Of a stretch of 64,000 nucleotides of DNA, positions 47,830 through 55,701 are shown piece after piece. This stretch comes from a bacterium (GTDB taxonomy: Bacteria > Sysuimicrobiota > Sysuimicrobiia > Sysuimicrobiales > Segetimicrobiaceae). A program made the translations under genes and the position numbers. The notes beneath the pieces are model-generated. The model did no database searches. It saw only the letters and a list, made by a program, of their open reading frames with translations, and was not told the origin of the DNA. Every line of letters starts with the position of its first letter. Position 1 is the first letter of the stretch. The stretch lies in NCBI GenBank assembly GCA_035703895.1, contig DASSXJ010000113.1, positions 4,159 to 68,158 of the forward strand, written 5' to 3'.

Positions 47830-48722
47830 TGCACGTCACGTCTGACCCCGCTGCTGCAGGCGCCCCTCCCTGGCGGTCCAGGACGCTCTCGCACTGGACC
47901 ATCGGCTACCGGCGGCTCACCCGGCACCACGGCGCCATTGCGGGAGCGGCCCTCATCGCCGGGTTGCTGCTGGGTGCGCTGCTCGCCCCTCATCTTGCCG
48001 GCTATGACCCGGCGGAGCCGCACTTCGACCTTCGGCTTCGGCCTCCGTCTACCGCCTTTCCGCTGGGCACGGATTCTTTCGGTCGCGACATCCTGAGCCG
48101 CCTGCTCTTCGGCGGCCGCACCTCGCTCGTGGTGGGGGTCATCTCGGTGATCCTGTCGTTTCTCCTGGGGGTGCCGTCCGGCATCATCGCCGGGTACTAT
48201 GGGGGCCGGATCGACACCGCGATCATGCGGGCCATCGACGTGTGGCTCGCTTTCCCTGGGCTGCTGCTGGCTATCGGGATCGTCGCCGTGCTCGGACCGG
48301 GCCTCCCGAACGTCATGCTCGCGATCGGCATCTCCGGCGTACCCGGCGTCTGCCGCCTCGTCCGCGGATCGGTGCTCCCCATCAAGCAGGAGGTCTACGT
48401 CGAGGTCGCCCGCGCCGTGGGGGGACGTGACGCGCACATCATCCGAATGCACATCCTCCCCAATGTGCTTGCGCCCATCGTGGTTCTGCTGACGCTCCGT
48501 CTGGGAACGGCGATCCTCACTGGGGTCGGGCTCAGCTTCCTAGGGTTAGGCGTGCAGCCTCCCACCGCCGAGTGGGGCGCGATGGTGGCTGAGGGTCGGG
48601 CATACTTACAGCAGGCGTGGTGGGTGTCTACGATTCCGGGGACCGCAATCTTCCTCAGCGTGATGGGATTCAACGTGTTGGGCGATGGGCTGCGGGACGC
48701 CCTAGATCCCAGATTGCATTGA
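47829..48722 (+). CDS. ABC transporter permease (DppC/OppC-like)
   Basis: ATG 47829 overlaps the upstream stop (ATGA). LGTDSFGRDILSRLLFGGRTSL motif. Ends GDGLRDALDPRLH. No ATPase gene follows. Confidence 0.85.
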   Translation: MHVTSDPAAAGAPPWRSRTLSHWTIGYRRLTRHHGAIAGAALIAGLLLGALLAPHLAGYDPAEPHFDLRLRPPSTAFPLGTDSFGRDILSRLLFGGRTSLVVGVISVILSFLLGVPSGIIAGYYGGRIDTAIMRAIDVWLAFPGLLLAIGIVAVLGPGLPNVMLAIGISGVPGVCRLVRGSVLPIKQEVYVEVARAVGGRDAHIIRMHILPNVLAPIVVLLTLRLGTAILTGVGLSFLGLGVQPPTAEWGAMVAEGRAYLQQAWWVSTIPGTAIFLSVMGFNVLGDGLRDALDPRLH

Positions 48723-48804
48723 ACTCACGGTGTCGAAATCCGGGTTGCCGGTCCGTCATGACACTGAATGGACAACTCAAGGCCCGACTGGGAGGTGGAT
48801 GTTC

Positions 48805-49152
48805 ATGCACTACAGCCTGCTGTTCTATCAGAGTCCCGAGGACTTTGCCGCTCGAACGGACCCGCGCAAGCGGGAGGCGTTCTGGGGCGCATTCCTTCCG
48901 TACATGAAGGCGCTCAGGGATGCCGGCGTCGTAGTCGCCGGAGCCGGTCTACAGCCACCCGACTCTGCCACCACATTGAGGCTGCAGGGCGACAAGCGCC
49001 TGGTGCAGGATGGACCGTACTCTGAGGCCAAGGAGCAACTGGGCGGATTCTTTGTCATCGATGTGCCGGACCTCGACACCGCCCTCGAATGGGCGGCACG
49101 CTATCCCGGCAAAGTGGTCGAGGTGCGGCCCAATCTCCCACCCGTCGAGTGA
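48805..49152 (+). CDS. YciI-like (YCII-related/DGPF) family protein
   Basis: MHYSLLFYQSPEDFAARTDP...FLPYMKALRDAGVVVAGAGLQPPDSATTLR...DGPYSEAKEQLGGFFVIDVPDLDTALEWAARYP is the YciI-like pattern, including a DGPY motif. GGAGG SD at 48791-48795. Confidence 0.8.
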   Translation: MHYSLLFYQSPEDFAARTDPRKREAFWGAFLPYMKALRDAGVVVAGAGLQPPDSATTLRLQGDKRLVQDGPYSEAKEQLGGFFVIDVPDLDTALEWAARYPGKVVEVRPNLPPVE

Positions 49153-49245
49153 AGGCCGATCAGCGACGCGCATCGCGCCATAGAGCGGGCGGCGTCTGAT
49201 TCGTACCGCCGTCTCGTCGCCTTTCTCGCGGCGCGGTCACATGAT

Positions 49246-50385
49246 GTGGCGGCGGCGGAGGACGCGCTTGCGGATGCGTTCCTGGCCGCGCTGGAGACGT
49301 GGCCGCGCACGGGGGTGCCGCACAAGCCTGAAGCGTGGCTGCTCACGGCGGCCCGCCGGCGGCTGATCGACGGATCCCGCCATGCGCGCGTGGAAGCGGG
49401 AGCGCTGCCCGCCCTACTCGCGGCGGCGGACGACGCGCACGCGGCAGCGGGCGCCGACACCGTATTCCCGGACGAGCGGCTCAAATTGCTGTTCATCTGC
49501 GCCCATCCCGCGATCGACGCGGCCGTGCGCACGCCGCTCATGCTTCAGACAGTCCTGGGGCTCGACGCGGCACGTATCGCGTCCGCGTTTCTCGTCAAAC
49601 CGGCGACGATGGGGCAGCGCCTCAGCCGCGCAAAGGCCAAGATCCGCGACGCGGGCATCCGATTTGAACTCCCCGATACTCTGGACTTGCCGCCGCGCCT
49701 CGACGCCGTGTTGGAAGCGATCTACGCCGCCTATGGCGCCGGCTGGGACGATCTGGCGGGAGCCGATCCGCGCCGAAGGGGGCTCGCCTCGGAGGCGATC
49801 GAACTCGGACGGCTCCTCCGGCACCTGATGCCGGGTGAACCGGAAGTACAGGGCCTCCTGGCGCTCATGCTGCACTGCGAGGCGCGCCGCGAAGCACGGC
49901 GCACCGAGGCCGGCGCCTACGTCCCACTGTCGGAGCAGGACACGACGCGCTGGTCCCGGCCGATGATCGAAGAGGCGGAGCAGCTGCTCGCAGAGGCCGC
50001 GCAGGCGGGCCGGCCGGGACGCTTTCAACTCGAGGCGGCGATTCAGTCGGTGCACGCGCTGCGCGCGGGAACGGGCGTGACCGACTGGGAGGCCGTTGCC
50101 CTGCTGTACGAAGGCGTGGTGCGCGCAGCGCCTACGATCGGAGCGCTCGTCGGGCGCGCCGCGGCGGTTGGCGAGGGCGGCGATGCGGTGAAAGCATGGG
50201 CTCTACTGGACGCGATCCCTGCCGAGGCGGTCGAACGGTACCAGCCCTACTGGGCGCTTGCGGCGCATCTCCTCACGCGCCTCGAGCGGCGGGGCGAGGC
50301 CGCCGCGGCGTACGACCGCGCCATTGGCTTGTGCGAGGATCCCGCCACGCGCGAATACCTGGCGCAGCGGCGACGATCGCCCTAA
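49246..50385 (+). CDS. ECF-type RNA polymerase sigma factor with long C-terminal extension; annotated start is suspect (see findings)
   Basis: Region 2 (AAAEDALADAFLAALETWP...PEAWLLTAARRRLID) and region 4 (ARIASAFLVKPATMGQRLSRAKAKIRDAGIRF) are recognisable. The conserved N-terminal segment ISDAHRAIERAASDSYRRLVAFLAARSHD is encoded in frame at 49159-49245 but has no ATG/GTG/TTG. Confidence 0.75.
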   Translation: MAAAEDALADAFLAALETWPRTGVPHKPEAWLLTAARRRLIDGSRHARVEAGALPALLAAADDAHAAAGADTVFPDERLKLLFICAHPAIDAAVRTPLMLQTVLGLDAARIASAFLVKPATMGQRLSRAKAKIRDAGIRFELPDTLDLPPRLDAVLEAIYAAYGAGWDDLAGADPRRRGLASEAIELGRLLRHLMPGEPEVQGLLALMLHCEARREARRTEAGAYVPLSEQDTTRWSRPMIEEAEQLLAEAAQAGRPGRFQLEAAIQSVHALRAGTGVTDWEAVALLYEGVVRAAPTIGALVGRAAAVGEGGDAVKAWALLDAIPAEAVERYQPYWALAAHLLTRLERRGEAAAAYDRAIGLCEDPATREYLAQRRRSP

Positions 50386-50410
50386 CGATCTCACCGACGG
50401 AGGCACGCGC

Positions 50411-51331
50411 ATGCGATTTGCGATCGCCATTCCCCAGTTCGTCGCCGACGGGACGTTCAATCCTTCCGGTCTCCGCGCCTACCTGGCACGGGCCGAAACG
50501 CTCGGGTTCGACAGCGCCTGGACGCAGGAGCAGGTGCTGGGCACGATGCCCAACCTGGGACCGATCGAGACCATGACGTATGCGGCGGCGTGCACGGAAC
50601 GGCTGCGTCTGGGCTGCGCGGTGTTCGTCACCCCTCTGCACAGCCCGGTCCATCTGGCCAAGAGCCTCAGCACAGTTGACCAGATCAGCCGGGGCCGTCT
50701 CGAGGTGGGCGTCGGCACCGGAGGGCGGGGTAGAATGTTCTCCGCGTTCGCGGTCGATCCCGATACACTGGTCACGCGGTTCGTCGAGGGACTGCAGCTG
50801 ATGAAGGCGCTGTGGACAGAACCTCGGGTCACGTTCAACGGCCGATTCTGGCAGCTCGACGGCGCGGCCATGGAGCCCAAGCCGTTTCAGAAGCCGTACC
50901 CACCGATCTGGTTCGGCGGCAGCCACCCGGCCGCGGTCCGGCGTGCCGTCCGGCACGGCGATGGCTTCTTCGGCGCCGGGTCGCAGACAACCGGCCGGTT
51001 CGCTGAGCAGGTACGGGTTCTGCGAGACGCGCTCGCGGAGAGTGGACGGTCTGCCGCCGGGTTCCGAATCGCCAAGCGCGTCTACCTCGCCGTGGACGAT
51101 GACGCCGCGCGCGCCCGGCAGCGGATCGGTGCCGCGTTGAACAAACTCTACGGGTACTTTGGATTACGAGACCTCGAGGCCGTCGGTGTCTTCGGTCCGC
51201 CGGAAGCGTGCGTGAAGGGCCTGCGCGCGGTGGCCGACGCGGGCGCCGAGATGATCCTGCTCAATCCGCTCTTCGATGAAGCCGAGCAGATGGAGCGCCT
51301 GGCCGCTGAGGTCGTACCCCAGCTGTCCTAG
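50411..51331 (+). CDS. LLM-class F420/flavin-dependent oxidoreductase
   Basis: MRFAIAIPQFVADG...LGFDSAWTQEQVLG...RLRLGCAVFVTPLHSPVHLAKSLSTVDQISRGRLEVGVG is the canonical luciferase-like monooxygenase fold signature. Start at the internal ATG 50411. Confidence 0.85.
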   Translation: MRFAIAIPQFVADGTFNPSGLRAYLARAETLGFDSAWTQEQVLGTMPNLGPIETMTYAAACTERLRLGCAVFVTPLHSPVHLAKSLSTVDQISRGRLEVGVGTGGRGRMFSAFAVDPDTLVTRFVEGLQLMKALWTEPRVTFNGRFWQLDGAAMEPKPFQKPYPPIWFGGSHPAAVRRAVRHGDGFFGAGSQTTGRFAEQVRVLRDALAESGRSAAGFRIAKRVYLAVDDDAARARQRIGAALNKLYGYFGLRDLEAVGVFGPPEACVKGLRAVADAGAEMILLNPLFDEAEQMERLAAEVVPQLS

Positions 51332-51356
51332 CCGAGATGTCCCCCAGTGATTGACG

Positions 51357-52346
51357 TTAAAGTCGGAGTAGACGCTCAGCGTTGCCGTGCGCGATCTTGT
51401 CTCTGTCGAGAGGAGTGACTGGTGCGGCGTTGATGAAAGTTTGGCCCTCCTCGTTTGTGCTGTACGGGTAGTCGACTGAGAACATGACCCGGTCGGCTCC
51501 AACGACCTGCAGCGCGCACACGAGGGGCGGGTGGGCGAAGAACCCGCTGGTGGTGATGTAGAAGTTCTCGACGAAATAGTCCTTGACGGCGTGCTCCAGC
51601 TTGGTGACCTCCTGAGTGAGGCACATGTCGATCCGGCCGAGCATGAAGGGAACGGCTTCTCCCATGTGGCCGATGATGCACCGCAAACGCAGGAAACGGT
51701 CGAAGACGCCGGCGACAATGAGGCGAAGCGCATGCAAGCCGGTCTCGATGTGCCAGCCCCAGGCGGCGGTCGAAAGCCAGCGGCTAATCGCCGGTGACAA
51801 GTTTTCGTAGTACTCCTCCCTCACCGCGGCAGGCGGGAGGCCGGGGTGGAGATAGATCGGGACGTCGAGGTCCTCGGCGCGCTCGAAGATCGGCCAGAAG
51901 AACTGGTCGTCCATGAAGCGGTTGTGGGTGCGACCGTTGATCAGTGCGCCCTTGAAGCCGAGCGTGGCAACGGTTCGTTCGAGCTCAGCTGCGGCCGCGT
52001 TGGGGTCGGGGGTCGGTAGCGTGGCGAAACCGCAGAAGCGGTCTGGGTGGCGGGCGACGACCTCGGCCAGCGCATCGTTGGCATCCCGGGCCAGGGGAAT
52101 CGCGGCGGCAGCATCAAGTGTCTCCACGCTCGGATATGTATGGGAGAGGATTTGCATATCGATTCCGGCGGCGTCCATATCGGCAAGCCTCTCGGCTCCC
52201 AGGTCGTCGAGCTTCCTTAAGACCTCCGACCCGTGCCGGAGTGCTTGCGGGCCCAGCCTACGAAGGGTGTTGGACCACTCGCCTGAGCTCGTCGCAGCCT
52301 TGATCCCCGGGGTCCTGAAGTGCTCTTCGATAGCGATTGTTCTCAC
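51357..52346 (-). CDS. amidohydrolase-2 family protein (ACMSD-like metal-dependent hydrolase/decarboxylase)
   Basis: IAIEEHF at the N-terminus and the ...HPGLPP..., ...IGHMGE... and ...FSVDYPY... motifs are characteristic of Amidohydro_2. Confidence 0.8.
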   Translation of the reverse strand: MRTIAIEEHFRTPGIKAATSSGEWSNTLRRLGPQALRHGSEVLRKLDDLGAERLADMDAAGIDMQILSHTYPSVETLDAAAAIPLARDANDALAEVVARHPDRFCGFATLPTPDPNAAAAELERTVATLGFKGALINGRTHNRFMDDQFFWPIFERAEDLDVPIYLHPGLPPAAVREEYYENLSPAISRWLSTAAWGWHIETGLHALRLIVAGVFDRFLRLRCIIGHMGEAVPFMLGRIDMCLTQEVTKLEHAVKDYFVENFYITTSGFFAHPPLVCALQVVGADRVMFSVDYPYSTNEEGQTFINAAPVTPLDRDKIAHGNAERLLRL

Positions 52347-52410
52347 ATGGGTGCTCTAAGAGAGATTCCGCGGCGCCCCCGTGGCCGGCGGACCCGGACT
52401 CCGCCTACGC

Positions 52411-53073
52411 TCACCCTTTCGGCTGCGCCACGATGCGGATGTAGGGCCTCGGGGACTTCCAGCCCTGCGGATACGTCTTCTTGGCTTCGTCCTCGCTCAC
52501 GGAACCCGCGATGATCACGTCCTCGCCCTGCTTCCAGTTAACGGGCGTCGCCACCTTGTGTTTCGCGGTCAATTGCAGTGAATCGATCACGCGGATGACC
52601 TCGTCGAAGTTGCGGCCGGTGGTCATCGGGTAGACGATGATCAGCTTGATCTTTTTGTCCGGCCCGACGACGAAGACGTTGCGCACCGTCTGATTGTCGG
52701 CCGGTGTACGCTTGGACGCGTCACCTGAAGCGCTGGCGGGCAGCATGCCGTAGAGTTTGGAGATGCTCAGATCCGTATCGCCGATCATCGGGTAGTTGGG
52801 CGCGAAGCCCTGGGTCTCTTTGATGTCGTTCGCCCACTTCGCATGGTTGTCGACCGGGTCGACGCTGAGCCCGATGATCTTGGTGTTCCGCCGATCGAAC
52901 TCGGGCTTGAGCTTGGCCATGTACCCGAGCTCGGTGGTGCAGACAGGCGTGAAGTCCTTCGGATGCGAAAACAGCACGGCCCAGGAGCCACCGATCCAGT
53001 CGTGGAACCGGACGCGGCCTTCGGTCGTCTCCGCCTCGAAATCCGGAGCAATATCACCAATCTGAAGAGCCAT
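52411..53073 (-). CDS. 1-Cys peroxiredoxin (Prx6-type)
   Basis: The peroxidatic Cys context FTPVCTTELG, with PKDFTPVC, and 220-aa length are typical of 1-Cys Prx. Confidence 0.9.
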   Translation of the reverse strand: MALQIGDIAPDFEAETTEGRVRFHDWIGGSWAVLFSHPKDFTPVCTTELGYMAKLKPEFDRRNTKIIGLSVDPVDNHAKWANDIKETQGFAPNYPMIGDTDLSISKLYGMLPASASGDASKRTPADNQTVRNVFVVGPDKKIKLIIVYPMTTGRNFDEVIRVIDSLQLTAKHKVATPVNWKQGEDVIIAGSVSEDEAKKTYPQGWKSPRPYIRIVAQPKG

Positions 53074-53273
53074 TCACGCACCTCCTCTTGAGCCTCAAGG
53101 TCCTTTCCATCCTATCACCTAGGGTCGTACGATCCCGACGATGGGTTTCCTCTTCTTGCGCGCCTTGTCATCCTCGAACACATGCTCGTGAAGACAGGAT
53201 ATAGCCTCATTCTCTATGAGGCAGTGCGGGGAGGTCAAGTGCGCGGTCGTGATTTCGCAATGCGATTACGTGG

Positions 53274-54842
53274 TCAGATGAACTCCTCAACCACCTTGCA
53301 GAACACCTCAGTCACCCGCGGGTCAAACTGGTTGCCCGCACAACGCTTGATCTCCGCCACGGCCTCTGCGACTGTCCGTGCCGGTTTGTAGGGGCGAGCT
53401 TCCGTGATGGCCCCATACGCATCCACCACGGCCAGGATGCGCGAGCCGAGAGGAATCGCGTCGCCTGTCAATCCGTCGGGGTAGCCTGTGCCGTCCCACT
53501 TCTCTTGGTGATGGCGCACAAGCTTTGCCACGCCGCGCATCCGGTCCAACGAGCTGAGGATCTCCTCCCCGAGGATCGGATGCCGCCGCATGGTCGCCCA
53601 CTCTTGTTCCGTGAGGCCGCCCGGTTTACTCAGAATGGCGTCCGGTACGCCGATCTTCCCGATATCGTGCAGCCGGGCTCCCCAGCGGATATCCTGTACC
53701 TCTCCCTCCGGACAGCCGAGCTCGCGCGCGGTGCGCTCGGCCAGGTCCACCATGCGGTCACCGTGTTCGGCGGTGTATGAGTCCCGAGATTCGATGGCTT
53801 GTGCCAGCGCGATCACCATCTGCACGTACGCCTGCTGGAGTTTGTGATGCAGGCGGGCTCTGTGGATCGCCGTCCCCCCGATTTCGGCGATACCTTCCAA
53901 TAACCGGACTTCGGCATCCACGAACGGATGCGATCCAGCCCTCTTGATGCGCCCGAGGGCGATCGTCCCGATAAACTCTTGTTCGGACCGGACAGGAACA
54001 ATGACGACGGGGCCGAGCTGTTGATAGCGCGCCACATCCGGTCCGGCAGAAAGGGCGGTCACGAAATCGTCCGTGACGAACGGGGCGCCCGTCTCTACGA
54101 CACGCCCCGAGGGGGTGCCCGCAAGGGGGAAGGTCGTGCCACGTTCCTCGGTCGGCGTTCCCACCGTGTACACGCGCATGAAGGCCGGCCGGTCTGGACT
54201 CAACAAGGCGAGCGAACCATGATCGGCGCACAGTAACCGCATGCCGTGTCCAAGAAGGACGGGGTACATCTCCTCCGGGGCACAGGCCTTTCGCAGCTGC
54301 GCACTGAGATCGAAGAAGGTTTCCAGTTCGGCCGCGCGCCGGCGGATTTCCGCTTCCGCCGTCTTGCGCTCGGTGATGTCCACTATGGCGCCTTCGAGAT
54401 ATCGGGTCCGACCATTGACGGCGCGGACGGCGTGAGCGCTCGCGCGGATCCACATCGCCGTGCCATCGTGCCGCCACAGCTTACTTTCGAAATCTGCGAC
54501 CACCCCCTCCCGCTCGAGCAGCGTCGTCCACCGCTGCCGCGCCTCGGGATCGACATAGAGAGAGGCCGCGTTTACCGCCATCAGTGTTTCGCGATCTGGA
54601 TAGCCCAAGATGCGCAGAAAGGCGGGGTTGGCATCCAATATTTTCCCGCTCGGCGTGGACCGGTAGAGGCCTATGGGAACGCGTTCGAACAGGCTCCGGT
54701 AGGGCGAGTCGCGCGATGGATCCTCGATGCCTCCCGTATGGCGCGCGGTTGTGGGAGGCCCCGCAATGCCGGCCTCCGCTACGGACCGTCGTGAGCGCAG
54801 CGATGGCACGTTGCCGGCCTTCGGTTTCCCCACGGCTGCCAC
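53274..54842 (-). CDS. PAS-GAF-HD-GYP domain signalling protein (putative c-di-GMP phosphodiesterase)
   Basis: PAS-like N-terminal part (LFERVPIGLYRSTPSGKILDANPAFLRILGY), a GAF-like middle, and C-terminal HD-GYP motifs (HDIGKIGVPD ... GTGYPDGL). The exact start is uncertain because a terminator-like hairpin lies just upstream of the annotated GTG. Confidence 0.8.
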   Translation of the reverse strand: MAAVGKPKAGNVPSLRSRRSVAEAGIAGPPTTARHTGGIEDPSRDSPYRSLFERVPIGLYRSTPSGKILDANPAFLRILGYPDRETLMAVNAASLYVDPEARQRWTTLLEREGVVADFESKLWRHDGTAMWIRASAHAVRAVNGRTRYLEGAIVDITERKTAEAEIRRRAAELETFFDLSAQLRKACAPEEMYPVLLGHGMRLLCADHGSLALLSPDRPAFMRVYTVGTPTEERGTTFPLAGTPSGRVVETGAPFVTDDFVTALSAGPDVARYQQLGPVVIVPVRSEQEFIGTIALGRIKRAGSHPFVDAEVRLLEGIAEIGGTAIHRARLHHKLQQAYVQMVIALAQAIESRDSYTAEHGDRMVDLAERTARELGCPEGEVQDIRWGARLHDIGKIGVPDAILSKPGGLTEQEWATMRRHPILGEEILSSLDRMRGVAKLVRHHQEKWDGTGYPDGLTGDAIPLGSRILAVVDAYGAITEARPYKPARTVAEAVAEIKRCAGNQFDPRVTEVFCKVVEEFI

Positions 54843-54851
54843 CTCGCGGCC

Positions 54852-54887
54852 GAAAAATGAAACCAGTCGAGCACGGTGCTCGACTGG
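54852..54887 (-). terminator. rho-independent terminator-like hairpin (11-12 bp GC-rich stem) followed on the minus strand by UUUCAUUUUUC
   Basis: Plus-strand CCAGTCGAGCACGGTGCTCGACTGG is a perfect inverted repeat (54863-54887). It is preceded on the plus strand by GAAAAATGAAA (54852-54862), which is a U-tract on the minus strand. It lies downstream of the DUF2294 gene (minus) and 10-20 nt upstream of the annotated HD-GYP start. Confidence 0.5.
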
Positions 54888-55059
54888 TCTGCCACGGTAG
54901 CTACTGATGCCGCGCTACGGCAACAACTCCACCATGCCTCCCAGTCCCACACTGCACGCCGTTGCCCGGGCGCCGCGGGGCGTGCCCCGAAACCCTGGAC
55001 GTGGTTAGGGCCTCCTCCACCTTCGATCTCGTGATGCCCATACCCGTGCGTCTTTAGAC

Positions 55060-55509
55060 TCAACCACGATCGGCGTCGGGGGGGGCATCTGCGACCATCG
55101 CAATCTTTCGATCGAGCACGATGATGATCACGAGGTGGTCGGCGGCCGTGTCGAGATCGCTGTGGATGCAGACGACCCGCGCGCCCACCGCTTGTGCGAC
55201 CAGAGTCAACAGCATTGCCCCCCACGCGTCGAGCAGGCTGGTTCGAAATTGCTCGACCAGGCGGCGACCTTCAGGAGTCGCGGCGACATGCGTCTCCGCG
55301 GGGGTGAGCACATTCTTGAGGCGCAGCAGGATCATATCGTCGATCAGATAGACCTTCATGTTCTCCGGTCCCCGGCCGACCTGCTGCTTCATTAACCTCG
55401 TCAGGGCGTTTCCGATCGTCTCTTCCACTCGACGTCTGAGTTGGTCCAAGTCTCGATTCATCTCCCCATCCGGTATCCAGCTGATATTCGCAGACTGGCT
55501 AAGCGCCAT
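55060..55509 (-). CDS. DUF2294 family protein
   Basis: QQVGRGPENMKVYLIDDMILLRLKNVLTPAE matches the DUF2294 core as I recall it. Start at ATG 55509. Confidence 0.6.
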   Translation of the reverse strand: MALSQSANISWIPDGEMNRDLDQLRRRVEETIGNALTRLMKQQVGRGPENMKVYLIDDMILLRLKNVLTPAETHVAATPEGRRLVEQFRTSLLDAWGAMLLTLVAQAVGARVVCIHSDLDTAADHLVIIIVLDRKIAMVADAPPDADRG

Positions 55510-55587
55510 AGAGCGAGGCGCGCCACTCTGCCGTCGAAGCATAGTGTAGGGCGCGTCGCGAGAGAAATCTTTGCGCTACCACAATTC

Positions 55588-55601
55588 TTGCGCAGGCGCA
55601 A
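55588..55601. promoter_or_regulatory. 14-bp palindrome TTGCGC-AG-GCGCAA (candidate operator) with an additional TTGCGC half-site 12 nt upstream
   Basis: Seen directly in the ~190-bp divergent region between the DUF2294 gene and the MEDS-Crp gene. Half-sites at 55571-55576 and 55588-55593/55596-55601. Confidence 0.35.
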
Positions 55602-55701
55602 TGACAGCAGGTGCAGGGAAGGCGTGCGCTGGGCGCTCGTAGAGGATCTTACGCGCCTGAGTGGAAGGGGGACCCTCGCGACAGAGGGCAAGGTGACGAG
55701 T

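Noticed and set aside
53200-53235. 6-bp inverted repeat CCTCAT-N5-ATGAGG between the HD-GYP stop and the peroxiredoxin start
   Set aside because: The stem is short with no adjacent U-tract on either strand. It could be a minor operator but there is insufficient evidence to call a terminator.
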